Made by a program: the position numbers and the translations under genes. A stretch of DNA of 62,468 nucleotides, filler included. It is 5 parts of 5 records of this genome, joined end to end, with 100 filler letters (N's around TTAATTAATTAA, not from the genome) between each part and the next. Parts side by side here need not be neighbours in the genome. Positions count along the whole stretch, not along the records: positions 27,375 to 59,298 come from SRR20825010_5511; 4 more parts are not named here. One strand, written 5' to 3'. The notes under the pieces are model-generated. The model searched no databases, was not told where the DNA came from, and was given only the letters and a program-made list of their open reading frames with translations. Numbering within the stretch: the first letter of the stretch is position 1; each line of letters begins with the position of its first letter. Of this stretch, positions 38,393 to 48,416 are shown piece after piece.

Positions 38393-38707
38393 ATGTCACA
38401 AGTGTTAGAACCGGTAACGATTACACCAAAAGCCTTGGAAGAGGTGAAAAGCATAATGTCCAATAAAAGTATTCCCGAAGGATATGGATTGAGGATTGGT
38501 GTCAAAGGTGGTTCTGGTTGTGGCGGCATGGGTTACTTACTGGGTTTCGACAAGCCCAAAGAGGGTGATATCACTTACCAAGTTGACGGAGTGAATGTGC
38601 ATGTTGAAAAGCGACAAACCATGTATTTACTAGGCTTAGAGGTTGATTTTTATGAAGGTGCCGATGCCAGAGGTTTTACCTTTGTGAATCCTGACAAAGA
38701 AGAATAA
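38393..38707 (+). CDS. HesB/IscA family protein (lacks the C-terminal CxC)
   Basis: LRIGVKGGSGCGG and GFTFVNP motifs. Confidence 0.85.
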   Translation: MSQVLEPVTITPKALEEVKSIMSNKSIPEGYGLRIGVKGGSGCGGMGYLLGFDKPKEGDITYQVDGVNVHVEKRQTMYLLGLEVDFYEGADARGFTFVNPDKEE

Positions 38708-38755
38708 AATTTACAATTCCCCCCAGAAAAAGTATTCAGCAAAGGCTTATGAAAT

Positions 38756-38763
38756 TATATTTG
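38756..38763 (+). promoter_or_regulatory. Bacteroidota -7 promoter element
   Basis: TATATTTG fits TAnnTTTG, 16 nt before the ATG at 38780. Confidence 0.5.
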
Positions 38764-38779
38764 CTCCAAATATAAAGTC

Positions 38780-39661
38780 ATGGCCCAATTCGATATCGTC
38801 ATCGCTACTTGCGATAAATATGTAGCTCCTGAAAACATTACGCCTTACGTGCAAAATGTACTTACCGAAGACCGATTGGTACTAGAAGCATTCGAACGCA
38901 AAGGGCTAAAAGTAACTCGCAAATCATGGTCTGATGCTGATTTTGATTGGAACAGCACTGATAAAGTGCTTATCCGTACCACTTGGGATTATTTTGAGCG
39001 CTTCGAAGAATGGCAACAATGGTTAGACTTGGTTTCAGAAAAGAGCACATTGATTAACCCTGTCAACTTGGTACGCTGGAATATGGACAAGCATTATTTG
39101 GGTGATCTGCAAAAACGTGGCATCAACATTCCTGAAACGCATTATATCGAAAAGGGTACTACCACTTCTTTAAAAGAACTGCATGCGATAACGGGTTGGG
39201 AAGAAACCATTTTAAAGCCTTGTGTGTCGGGTGCATCGCGCCATACTTATAAGCTGAATGCTGAGAATATTGAAGCGTATGAGGCCATTTTTCAAAAATT
39301 AATTGAGAATGAAGCCTTTATGCTTCAGCCTTTTCAGAAGAATATCATTAAAGGAGAAATATCCTTAATGGTCATGGGAGGTCAGTTTACCCATGCCGTG
39401 CTGAAAGTCGCCAAGCCAGGTGATTTCCGTGTACAGGATGATTTTGGTGGCAGTGTCCACGACTACCAGCCCACACAAGCTGAAATGGATTTCGCTGAAA
39501 AAGCAGTAGCAGCATGTAGTCCAAGTCCTTCATTAGCCAGAGTGGATATTATTCGCGATAACAATGATGAACTGGCCATTATTGAATTAGAAATGATTGA
39601 ACCGGAGCTTTGGTTCAGGTTGAACCCAAAGGCTGCCGAGGTTTTAGCCAATTGTATTTAG
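38780..39661 (+). CDS. ATP-grasp ligase (RimK/glutathione synthetase-like, DcsG-like)
   Basis: IRTTWDY, WNMDKHYL, LKP, DFRVQDDFGG and ELEMIEP motifs. Confidence 0.85.
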   Translation: MAQFDIVIATCDKYVAPENITPYVQNVLTEDRLVLEAFERKGLKVTRKSWSDADFDWNSTDKVLIRTTWDYFERFEEWQQWLDLVSEKSTLINPVNLVRWNMDKHYLGDLQKRGINIPETHYIEKGTTTSLKELHAITGWEETILKPCVSGASRHTYKLNAENIEAYEAIFQKLIENEAFMLQPFQKNIIKGEISLMVMGGQFTHAVLKVAKPGDFRVQDDFGGSVHDYQPTQAEMDFAEKAVAACSPSPSLARVDIIRDNNDELAIIELEMIEPELWFRLNPKAAEVLANCI

Positions 39662-39761
39662 ATTTTCTTCGCCATTCAAATGGCCGAGTGAGTACTTGAC
39701 CAAATTCTTAGGCAGGTTAATTATTAAAAAACATATCTTTCATACTATCAAACGATTTGCT

Positions 39762-40340
39762 ATGAAAAGAACATTCCTCTTCGCATTTCTAATGCTGACT
39801 TCATTTTTCGGTCTTAAAGCCCAAGTGGTAAATATCGAAATCAAAACGGAATTGGGGTCTATTATGGCCGAGCTTTACCCAGATAAGGCGCCTATTACTG
39901 TAGCGAATTTCATTAAGTACATTGAGAACCATATGTTTGATAGCGCCAGTTTTTACCGTACAGTAAGAATGGACAATCAGCCGAACAACGATGTGAAGAT
40001 TGAAGTGATTCAAGGTGGAATTTCATACAATCGTTCGGTGACTTCTTTTCCTGCCATTGCGCATGAAACCACTGAGAAAACCGGAATCTTACACAAGGAC
40101 GGTGTTTTATCTATGGCGCGGGTTGGGCCGGGCACGGCTACTGCCGAGTTTTTCATCTGTATTGGAGACCAACCTTCACTGGATTTCGCAGGAAAAAGAA
40201 ACCCTGATGGACAAGGTTTTGCCACCTTTGGCAAGGTGACCAAAGGAATGGATATCGTTAAAAAAATTCAGCAACGAGAAGACAAGAATCAATACCTAGT
40301 AGAGAAGGTTAAGATTTACTCGATTAGTGTTTTGAAGTAA
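39762..40340 (+). CDS. Secreted cyclophilin-type peptidyl-prolyl isomerase
   Basis: Signal peptide; APITVANF, FYR, IQGG, SMAR and FGKVTKGMD motifs. Confidence 0.9.
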   Translation: MKRTFLFAFLMLTSFFGLKAQVVNIEIKTELGSIMAELYPDKAPITVANFIKYIENHMFDSASFYRTVRMDNQPNNDVKIEVIQGGISYNRSVTSFPAIAHETTEKTGILHKDGVLSMARVGPGTATAEFFICIGDQPSLDFAGKRNPDGQGFATFGKVTKGMDIVKKIQQREDKNQYLVEKVKIYSISVLK

Positions 40341-40434
40341 GCTTAAGCGATAATTAAAGAAATCACTAACTGAAAGGTTACCTTGTGAAAAGGGCGTTTA
40401 CAATAACTAGGTTAAGAAACACTATATTTGTAAC

Positions 40435-41010
40435 GTGAAGAAGATGTACATCATAGCAGGACCAAATGGGGCTGGAAAGACAACTCTTTCCTACACAATT
40501 CTTCCAGAAATATTTGACTGTGACGAATTCGTAAACGCAGATGAAATAGCGAAAGGGATTTCTCCTTTAAACCCAGAGAAAGCTGGCATCAGAGCTGGCA
40601 GATTAATGCTTCAAAGGATTAAAGAACTCGTAAACAATGAAGAATCATTTGCGTTTGAAACAACGTTATCAACAAAGTCTTATCAAGGGTTTGTTAAAAT
40701 GACAAAAGCACGTGGTTACGAAGTTATTTTACTTTTCTTAGCACTAGATTCAGTAGACTTGGCAAATAATAGAGTTGAAACAAGAGTTAAAGAAGGAGGA
40801 CATAATATTCCAGTTCCAACAATTAAAAGAAGATATTCTAACGGTTTAGTAAACTTTTTCAAAATCTATAAATCCATTGTGGACAAATGGATTTTGGTTG
40901 ACAACTCTTCTGAAAATTTCGAGTTTATTGCTCAAGGGTCGGGTTCTGAAGTGGTTATAAAAAATGAAAAAATTTGGTCTGATTTAAACAGAAAGTATAA
41001 TGGACATTAA
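40435..41010 (+). CDS. Zeta-toxin-like P-loop kinase/ATPase (COG4185-like)
   Basis: IAGPNGAGKTT Walker A; VNADEIA, FETTLS, RVKEGGH and DNS motifs; TATATTTG at 40423 upstream. Confidence 0.88.
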   Translation: MKKMYIIAGPNGAGKTTLSYTILPEIFDCDEFVNADEIAKGISPLNPEKAGIRAGRLMLQRIKELVNNEESFAFETTLSTKSYQGFVKMTKARGYEVILLFLALDSVDLANNRVETRVKEGGHNIPVPTIKRRYSNGLVNFFKIYKSIVDKWILVDNSSENFEFIAQGSGSEVVIKNEKIWSDLNRKYNGH

Positions 41011-41182
41011 AGACGAATTAAAAGAATTAGAGCAAAAAGTGAGCTTGGGACTTAAGGAAGCTTATAGAAAAATGGTTGAGTTCAAGAAAAAGAATAACAG
41101 TCCTTTGATTGTTTCTCGTGATGGAAAAGTAATTGCAATAGCTCCGAAGGACATACCGCTTACTACGAGTTCTAAGAATTAA
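41000..41182 (+). CDS. Small hypothetical protein coupled to the zeta-like kinase
   Basis: 60 aa, 11-nt overlap with the upstream gene; helical N-terminus then PLIVSRDGKVI. Confidence 0.7.
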   Translation: MDIKDELKELEQKVSLGLKEAYRKMVEFKKKNNSPLIVSRDGKVIAIAPKDIPLTTSSKN

Positions 41183-41213
41183 TCTCACTAGAGTTGTTCA
41201 GCTTTATTAAAAT

Positions 41214-41248
41214 AAAAAAACCGACTTGAAATTAATCAAGCCGGCTTT
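41214..41248 (-). terminator. Rho-independent terminator of the RND operon
   Basis: Minus strand AAAGCCGGCTTGA-TTAATT-TCAAGTCGGTTTTTTT. Confidence 0.75.
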
Positions 41249-41277
41249 CAAACTTAAAACAAGTAACAACTATCTAT

Positions 41278-44200
41278 TTATTCCTCTTCGGGAACATAGC
41301 TAGCTTCTAATGCCGCCAATTCTTTTTTACCGTAAGCAATTCTTGTGATCACGACATACAACACTGGCACAAAGAAAATGGCCAAGAATGTAGCAGCAAG
41401 CATCCCTCCAATTACTGTCCAACCAATGGTTTGACGTGCTACCGCTCCTGCGCCATGTGCCATTGCCAAAGGCACAACTCCCAGAATAAAGGCCAATGAT
41501 GTCATGATAATCGGACGTAACCTCAATCTCACTGCATCTAAAGTAGCCGCCACTAATGGCACTCCTCTATCCACACGCTCTTTGGCAAATTCCACAATTA
41601 GAATGGCGTTTTTAGCAGCCAAACCAATGAGGGTAATCAATCCAATTTGAGCATAAACGTTATTGTCCAGTTTTGGCAAGAAAGTCAGCGCTACAATGGC
41701 CCCAAAAGCACCCAATGGCAAAGCCAAGAGCACTGAGAAAGGCACCGACCAGCTTTCGTAAAGGGCAGCCAATAACAAGGACACCAAAACAATTGCCAAA
41801 GCGAAAATCATGATGGTGCTATTGCCTGATGAAAGCTCTTCTTTACTCATTCCTGAGAAATCATAACCATAACCAGCAGGAAGCACTTCGGCAGCCACTT
41901 CTTCTAAGGCTGCCAAGCCTTGACCCGAACTATAACCCGGTGCAGTGTTTCCGTTGATTTCCAAAGAACGGAAAAGGTTATAGTGAGAAATCACTGGTGC
42001 GTTTTCTACCACTTTATAACTGATTAAAGCACTCAACGGCACGGCTCCGCCTTGTTGGCTTTGCACATAAAACTGATTTAAATCCTCAATTCTAGTTCGG
42101 TACGAAGTATCTGCTTGGGCTACTACCCTAAAGTTTCTACCGTAACGTGTGAAATCATTGATGTAGCTACTTCCCATGTAATTCGACATGGTGGCAAAAA
42201 CATCTGAAATATTCACTCCAAGTTTCTTGGCTTTTTCACGGTCTACTTCAACATTATAACCCGGTGTTTTGGCGGTAAAGAAACTATAGGCCATGGCAAT
42301 TTCAGGCCTTTGATTGGCAGCCATTAAGAACTGTCCCATCACCTGTTCCAATTCTTTAATATCGCCACCAGCTTTTTGTTCCAGCATAAAACTGAAACCA
42401 CCCGTTTGCCCCAAACCAGGAATGGCTGGTGGTGGAATTACCACGATATTGGCTTCTTTAATCACCCCAAATTTCTGCGTCAGCTGGCCAATAAGACCAA
42501 ATAACTGCTGAGAAGGTTCTTTCCTCTCTGACCAAGGATCCATTTGCAAGAAGAAAGTACCTGAGTTTGGCTTAAATGAGAAGTTAATCGCATTCAATCC
42601 ACCAATACCCGTAGCATTGTTTATTCCCTCGGTATCATTAATGATTTGTGCCATTTCATCCATTACCGACCTTGTTCTGGCGCTAGACGCACCCTCTGGT
42701 AATTCTAATGAAATGAACAAACGACCTTCGTCTTCAGTAGGAATAAAACCCGTTGGCTTTGATTGAAATAAACCGATGGTTCCTGCGAAAATACAGGCCA
42801 ATAAAATCAATACCAGTGGAGCTCCTTTGATGCTTTTCTTCACTCCATTTGAGTAGGAAGAGGTTACTCTTTCGAACCAGTTATTGAATTTGAAGAAGAA
42901 CTTATTAATGCCTTTTCCATTTTCATTCACCTTAGACGGACGTAACAATAAACTACACAATGCTGGAGTAAGCGTTAAGGCCACAAAGGCCGAAATCAAT
43001 ACTGAAATAGCAATAGTGATGGCAAATTGCTGGTACATTCTACCTACAATACCAGGAATAAAGCCTACTGGAATAAATACCGCTGCCAAAATTAAGGCGA
43101 TGGCAATTACTGGAGCAGTAATGTCTTTCATGGCGCGCATGGTTGCCTCTTTGGCCGAAAGCTTATAACGATCGATGTAATGCTGAGCAGCTTCTACCAC
43201 TACAATAGCATCATCTACCACAATACCGATGGCCAGTACGAAACCAAACATGGTCAATGTGTTGATGGTAAAACCAAGCGGCACAAAGAAGATGAAGGTT
43301 CCAATAATAGAAACTGGAATTGCTAAAATCGGAATCAAAGTAGCCCTCCAGCTTTGTAGGAAGAGGAATACCACCACAATTACCAAAAGTAATGCTTCGG
43401 CAAAAGTGGTCAACACTTCGTTAATAGACACTTCTACCACAGAAACCGCTTCGAATGGCACGATATAATCCATATCGGCAGGGAAAGCCGTTTTAAGCTC
43501 ATCCATTGCTGCATAAATTCCTTCAGCAGTGTCAATGGCGTTACTTCCTGGTGCTTGATACACCAACAAAATAGTAGCGTCTTTTTGGTTAATAATCGAT
43601 TGACGACCATAACTGAACTGGCCTAATTCTACTCTAGCTACATCTTTCAAGTACACCAAAGCACCATCTAAATCTGTTCTCAGGACTATATCTTCGAACT
43701 CTGTCTCATTTTCCAACCTACCATTCACGGTAATTGGGTATTCAAAAGCCTGTGATTGATACTGAGGCATTCCGCCCACAGTTCCAGCCGCTACTTGTAA
43801 GTTTTGCTCTCTAATGGCCGCTGTTACTTCCGAAGAAGAAATTCCATACTGTGCGAGTTTATCCGGTTTCAACCAAACCCTCATACTGAAGTCTTGGCCA
43901 ATAGAAACAATGTCTCCAACCCCTTTTACCCTCAACAGTGCATCGCGCACATAGATGTTGGCGTAGTTAGAAAGGAACTTGGTATCGTGAGAAGCTTCTG
44001 GAGAATAAAGCCCAATTACCATCATGATACTTGGATTACGTTTTCTTACCGTCACACCCAAACGTTGCACCGCTTCTGGCAATGTTGGTTCGGCTATACT
44101 CACTCGGTTTTGCACGTCCAAAGTGGCTATATCAATGTCGGTACCTACTTCGAAGGTCACGTTCATCTGCATCTGGCCAGTACTCGTGTTGTTCGAGCTA

Positions 44201-44436
44201 ATGTAAGCCATGCCTGGAGTACCGTTAATCTGCGTTTCGATAGGCGTGGCTACCGTTTGCTCCACCGTTCTAGCGTCTGCACCAGTATAATTGGCGGAAA
44301 CAGAAACTACTGGAGGTGTAATATCTGGGTATTGCGTAACCGGCAAGTTCAGTGCCGCCAACGCCCCTACCAGCACAATCACAATGGAAATCACCATTGC
44401 CATGACTGGTCTTTTTATAAAAGTTTGTGATATCAT
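41278..44436 (-). CDS. RND efflux permease (HAE1, AcrB family)
   Basis: QYPDITPP, AIGIVVDDAIVVVE, GLAAKNAILIVEFA and RLRPIIMTS motifs. Confidence 0.96.
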   Translation of the reverse strand: MISQTFIKRPVMAMVISIVIVLVGALAALNLPVTQYPDITPPVVSVSANYTGADARTVEQTVATPIETQINGTPGMAYISSNNTSTGQMQMNVTFEVGTDIDIATLDVQNRVSIAEPTLPEAVQRLGVTVRKRNPSIMMVIGLYSPEASHDTKFLSNYANIYVRDALLRVKGVGDIVSIGQDFSMRVWLKPDKLAQYGISSSEVTAAIREQNLQVAAGTVGGMPQYQSQAFEYPITVNGRLENETEFEDIVLRTDLDGALVYLKDVARVELGQFSYGRQSIINQKDATILLVYQAPGSNAIDTAEGIYAAMDELKTAFPADMDYIVPFEAVSVVEVSINEVLTTFAEALLLVIVVVFLFLQSWRATLIPILAIPVSIIGTFIFFVPLGFTINTLTMFGFVLAIGIVVDDAIVVVEAAQHYIDRYKLSAKEATMRAMKDITAPVIAIALILAAVFIPVGFIPGIVGRMYQQFAITIAISVLISAFVALTLTPALCSLLLRPSKVNENGKGINKFFFKFNNWFERVTSSYSNGVKKSIKGAPLVLILLACIFAGTIGLFQSKPTGFIPTEDEGRLFISLELPEGASSARTRSVMDEMAQIINDTEGINNATGIGGLNAINFSFKPNSGTFFLQMDPWSERKEPSQQLFGLIGQLTQKFGVIKEANIVVIPPPAIPGLGQTGGFSFMLEQKAGGDIKELEQVMGQFLMAANQRPEIAMAYSFFTAKTPGYNVEVDREKAKKLGVNISDVFATMSNYMGSSYINDFTRYGRNFRVVAQADTSYRTRIEDLNQFYVQSQQGGAVPLSALISYKVVENAPVISHYNLFRSLEINGNTAPGYSSGQGLAALEEVAAEVLPAGYGYDFSGMSKEELSSGNSTIMIFALAIVLVSLLLAALYESWSVPFSVLLALPLGAFGAIVALTFLPKLDNNVYAQIGLITLIGLAAKNAILIVEFAKERVDRGVPLVAATLDAVRLRLRPIIMTSLAFILGVVPLAMAHGAGAVARQTIGWTVIGGMLAATFLAIFFVPVLYVVITRIAYGKKELAALEASYVPEEE

Positions 44437-44466
44437 TCGATTTTAATTTTTGAGATGGAATTGATA

Positions 44467-45591
44467 TTACAATTGAGAAGGAAGCATTTCAGGAGCTACT
44501 TTAGCCCCCTGTCTCAGTTTCTGAATTCCTTCAAAAACAATTTTCTCTCCTGGCTTTAATCCGCCACGAACAGCGATGTTCGCTCCAAGTAAGCTCCCCA
44601 ATTCTAGCTTGCGCTGGCTCACTGTATTTTCACTGTCGATTACATAGACGAAGTATTCGCCCATTTGCTCCGTTACTGCTTTGTAAGGAATAATTACTTG
44701 CTGACCATAATCTTTGTTGATTACGCGCATAGAAACCGTCATTCCAGAAATGAGGTCGCGATTAGGATTGTCGAATTTCACTCTTAAACTGATCGTTCCT
44801 GTTTGTCTTCCCACCGCACGATCCATGGTTACTAACTCACCAATGAATGGGTAAATTGATCCGTCATGTAATGAAATAGTGAAAAGAGAATCTGGGTTAT
44901 CAGTTCCTTTCATCAAGCGATTGAATCTTGGGATTTCGCGTTCACTGATGGAGAAATTTACCAAAATTGGGTTGTCTGAAGATAAGATATTCAGCAAAGG
45001 CTGACCTGGAGAAACCTGAGCTCCCAAACGCACTTGAGAAATACCTATGGTACCATCAAATGGCGCTGTAACTAGGGTGTAACTCAAATCGGTTTTAGCA
45101 CTTTCCAATTGTGCTTTGGCCGCAGTCAGTTGCGATTGTGCAGTGAGTAAATCTGCTTTAGCATAATCTACTTGTTGTTTGGCAATCGCATCTTTTTCAA
45201 TCAATCGCTCATAGCGCTCCACATCTTGTGTGATTCGAGCCAAGTTAGATTCGGCAATGGCTACAGCTGCTTCTGCTTGCTGCTTTGCCGCCACATATTT
45301 GCTTCTGTCGATCTCGTATAGCTTTTGCCCTTTTTTTACAGTTTGTCCATCTTGAATAAAAATATTTGTGATGGTTCCACTGATCTGAGGCCTTAATTCC
45401 ACTTCATTTTTCGGCACAACCGTAGAAGGATATTCATCAATTGCGGTTACTTGTTTATTTTCTACGGTGATAGCTTTTACGGCTACAGCCGGAGGTGCTG
45501 CTTGTTGTTGCACAGTTGCCTCTGTTTTGCTGCACGATGAAATGCCAAATAGCATAACAGCCAAGGTCAATATTGTAGCTTGTGTTCTCAT
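44467..45591 (-). CDS. RND periplasmic adaptor (MFP) lipoprotein
   Basis: Lipobox ISSC; VELRPQISG, VKKGQKL and APFDG motifs. Confidence 0.94.
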   Translation of the reverse strand: MRTQATILTLAVMLFGISSCSKTEATVQQQAAPPAVAVKAITVENKQVTAIDEYPSTVVPKNEVELRPQISGTITNIFIQDGQTVKKGQKLYEIDRSKYVAAKQQAEAAVAIAESNLARITQDVERYERLIEKDAIAKQQVDYAKADLLTAQSQLTAAKAQLESAKTDLSYTLVTAPFDGTIGISQVRLGAQVSPGQPLLNILSSDNPILVNFSISEREIPRFNRLMKGTDNPDSLFTISLHDGSIYPFIGELVTMDRAVGRQTGTISLRVKFDNPNRDLISGMTVSMRVINKDYGQQVIIPYKAVTEQMGEYFVYVIDSENTVSQRKLELGSLLGANIAVRGGLKPGEKIVFEGIQKLRQGAKVAPEMLPSQL

Positions 45592-45604
45592 TATTTTGAA
45601 ATAG

Positions 45605-46942
45605 TTATTTGCTTGATGAATTGATTTCGATGTTCCCTAAAGCCTTTTTCAAGTCGAGCTTGCTTGCTAAAACCATGTAAAGGGCATTGTAATGATTGAG
45701 CTGTGAAGTCCTCAGTTCGGTTTCTGCCACAATGAGATCCACGTAGGCTTTTATGCCTTCGTCATATTGTAACTTGATGATGTTGTATACCTCTTCGGCC
45801 AACTCCATATTTTCCTTTACTGCTTTCCACTCGTAGAGATTACTTTTATAATCTGCCATAGCGGCTTCATATTCCGTATTGATTTGGTTCTTCAGATTGG
45901 TTTTATCGAGCTGAATACGCTCTTCTTGGAGTTCAGCTATTTTTATTTTCTGCGTTCTTTTTCCACCTTGAAAAATTGGAATCCCTACAGAAAGCCCAAC
46001 CACAGAGGTAGGGTAGTTCTTGCTGTATAAATCAGAGAATTGATTATTGAAAAACAACAGGTTGTAATTGTAATAGGCAGAAACCTCGGGAATGAAAGAC
46101 CATTTTTCGTAGCGCGTTTGCAGTCCGAACAATGAAACCTGAGTTTCCATTTGTTGGTATTCGATTCTATTTTCTACCAATAATTGTTCAGTGGTGTCCA
46201 TTTCAGTTTCTGCTTCCATGGCCGCATAATCGTAATCTAAGTCTATATTATTCTGCGTAGGAAAGCCCATCAACTGCTTTAAATAAGCAAACTTGGCATC
46301 TAAAGAAGTGGCTACCCTATTTCTATCGCTTTTAAGATTAGAAAGTGATATGCCAGCCCTTTGGTAATCCGTTTTATCTACCAAACCCGACTCGTAGCGA
46401 CTTTTGGCATCTTGATACTGCTTTTGCAAACGGCCCAAGTTTTCGTCTAGAATATCCAGCTGCTCATAAGTCAATAGGATGTCATAATAGGCCTTGCTCA
46501 CCATCACCACGGCATTTACTTTGTTGCCTTCTGTATTCTGATCCAAGTCCGACCGCACCAAACCTTTTGTTTTTGAAGCGAAGAATTGATCACGACTAAA
46601 CAGGTTTTGATTTACCTGAAACAGCAAGTTCGAATTGTAATTCTGACCAAAGGTGATCAACTGATCTCCAATGACTTGCGTCTGGCGCTTGATGTTATGC
46701 GAAGCACCAAAATCTGCCGATACTTGTGGCAACCACCCTGATAAGTTTGATTTAATTTGATGTTCCCCAATTTCCTCATCCAGCAACGACTGCTGAATCA
46801 TGGGGCTATTTTCTAAGGCATAATCCAAAATCTGGTCTAAGCTGAGTTTGGTATTCATTGGTTGATTCTGTTGTCCAATCGTGAGTTTGGGCACTAGAAA
46901 AACCAATAGGCCATAAAGCAACAAATGCTTAATTCCTCTCAT
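45605..46942 (-). CDS. TolC family outer-membrane factor
   Basis: Signal peptide; V..AYY repeats, IPIFQG and YDEG motifs; first structural gene of the RND operon. Confidence 0.92.
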   Translation of the reverse strand: MRGIKHLLLYGLLVFLVPKLTIGQQNQPMNTKLSLDQILDYALENSPMIQQSLLDEEIGEHQIKSNLSGWLPQVSADFGASHNIKRQTQVIGDQLITFGQNYNSNLLFQVNQNLFSRDQFFASKTKGLVRSDLDQNTEGNKVNAVVMVSKAYYDILLTYEQLDILDENLGRLQKQYQDAKSRYESGLVDKTDYQRAGISLSNLKSDRNRVATSLDAKFAYLKQLMGFPTQNNIDLDYDYAAMEAETEMDTTEQLLVENRIEYQQMETQVSLFGLQTRYEKWSFIPEVSAYYNYNLLFFNNQFSDLYSKNYPTSVVGLSVGIPIFQGGKRTQKIKIAELQEERIQLDKTNLKNQINTEYEAAMADYKSNLYEWKAVKENMELAEEVYNIIKLQYDEGIKAYVDLIVAETELRTSQLNHYNALYMVLASKLDLKKALGNIEINSSSK

Positions 46943-46994
46943 AATAATCTATCTGTTTTAAAGGTTTGTGTTTATTCTTTTGCGGGGGGAAATC

Positions 46995-47573
46995 TTATTG
47001 TTTCTTAATCGCATCCCAGGTCATTTCTGCGAGCTGATTGAGATTGATTCCTTTTTCAGCAATCCTTTCTCTAAAATTCTGCCTGACTCTGGCCATTGAA
47101 TTGACACTTCCGAACACCATTATAAAAAGTATGTCTGGAGAAAGATTCTTTAAATATCCTTTGTCAATGCCTTCCTTAAAAAAATCACTATTCCAGTTAT
47201 TCCAAGGCGAATCTTCGTTCTTAATTTCACGAGTATTGAAAGGCGAAATCATAAACTGTTCGAAGAATCTTTGTATTTCTGGGCGATCTAAATACAGCTT
47301 ACTTAAGTTCTTCCAGTAGTTGAAAAATCTCGTTTTAAAATCTTGCGAAGGGTCATCATTTCCACTGACATGGTTAAAAATTATTCTCTTAGCATAAAAA
47401 TATAGCTCGCCAATCAAATCATCCTTACTATCGAAATAGGTATAAATGGTACCTGCCGCAACGCCAGCATTTTTGGCCATCATACTCATTGGACAACCAT
47501 GGAAACCATGATCTTTAATAAGCGCTAAGGCACTTTCTAGTATGAGTTTTTTCTTTTCCGCTATTGGTTCCAT
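46995..47573 (-). CDS. TetR/AcrR family regulator of the RND operon
   Basis: GFHG...AKNAGVAAGTIYTYFDSKDDL HTH; ATG at 47573. Confidence 0.92.
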   Translation of the reverse strand: MEPIAEKKKLILESALALIKDHGFHGCPMSMMAKNAGVAAGTIYTYFDSKDDLIGELYFYAKRIIFNHVSGNDDPSQDFKTRFFNYWKNLSKLYLDRPEIQRFFEQFMISPFNTREIKNEDSPWNNWNSDFFKEGIDKGYLKNLSPDILFIMVFGSVNSMARVRQNFRERIAEKGINLNQLAEMTWDAIKKQ

Positions 47574-47590
47574 AAAGCATTTACTCTGAC

Positions 47591-47608
47591 TGAATGAACG
47601 TTCAATCA
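47591..47608. promoter_or_regulatory. Putative TetR operator
   Basis: TGAATGAAC-GTTCAATCA palindrome (one mismatch), 17 nt upstream of the tetR start. Confidence 0.7.
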
Positions 47609-47777
47609 ATATTACGATTGATAAGTTCCAACGTTGTTAAAAAAACTCTATTTTTTTTCTAAAGACTAAGAATGAGTAAGAGCTTTCCTCCCCATATGGT
47701 TCCTATAAGTCCGTGTTTTTCTTTTAGAAAATGTAAATTCGAGTATTGTTCCTCGTTTTAAATGCTTGCATAAACTC

Positions 47778-48365
47778 ATGACCATTAATACCGCTACAGA
47801 AAAAGTAACCCAAAGCCCTTGGTTCAACGGTGTTCCACCTAATGAAGCTCAACAGTTTTTAGCCTTAACAAAGTTGATGAAATTGAAGAAAGGCGATCGT
47901 TTTATTGAAGCCGGAGAAACACCCAAGATTTTTGGTTTTGTTACAAAAGGCCTATTCCGTTTTCTTTATACCGACCAAGAGGGAAAAGAATACACCAAAG
48001 TTTTTATGCCTGAACATAGCTTTGTAAGTGCTTATTCGGCTATGGTATTGAACCAAGCTTCGTACTTTTCTATTGAGGCGCTTGAAGATTCAGAGGTACT
48101 TACCATCAGTTATGCAAGCTGGCTCACATTGAAAGAAAGTCATCCTTGCTGGAATGAGCTATTGATTAAAGTATTGGAAAAGGCATTCATTATGAAGGAA
48201 GTCCGAGAGCGCGAGCTTCTGTTCCTTGACGCAGAAAGTCGTTACCAAATTTTTCTGGAGCGTTTTCCAAACCTTGAACACAGATTGAAACAGCATATGA
48301 TCGCATCCTATTTAGGAATAGCGCCTGAATCCTTAAGCCGGGTTAGAAAAAAAGAACAACCTTAA
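47778..48365 (+). CDS. Crp/Fnr family regulator
   Basis: cNMP-binding region; IEALEDS, AESRY and IASYLGIAPESLSRVRKK motifs. Confidence 0.9.
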   Translation: MTINTATEKVTQSPWFNGVPPNEAQQFLALTKLMKLKKGDRFIEAGETPKIFGFVTKGLFRFLYTDQEGKEYTKVFMPEHSFVSAYSAMVLNQASYFSIEALEDSEVLTISYASWLTLKESHPCWNELLIKVLEKAFIMKEVRERELLFLDAESRYQIFLERFPNLEHRLKQHMIASYLGIAPESLSRVRKKEQP

Positions 48366-48405
48366 CCTAGGTCAATGTTTTGAGTTTTTACGGGGCCTAG
48401 TTTTG
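48362..48405 (+). promoter_or_regulatory. Putative Crp-family box and -7 element for the SDR gene
   Basis: TTAACCTAGGTCAA near-palindrome (48362-48375) overlapping the crp stop codon; TAGTTTTG at 48398. Confidence 0.6.
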
Positions 48406-48416
48406 TCAAAAAAAAG

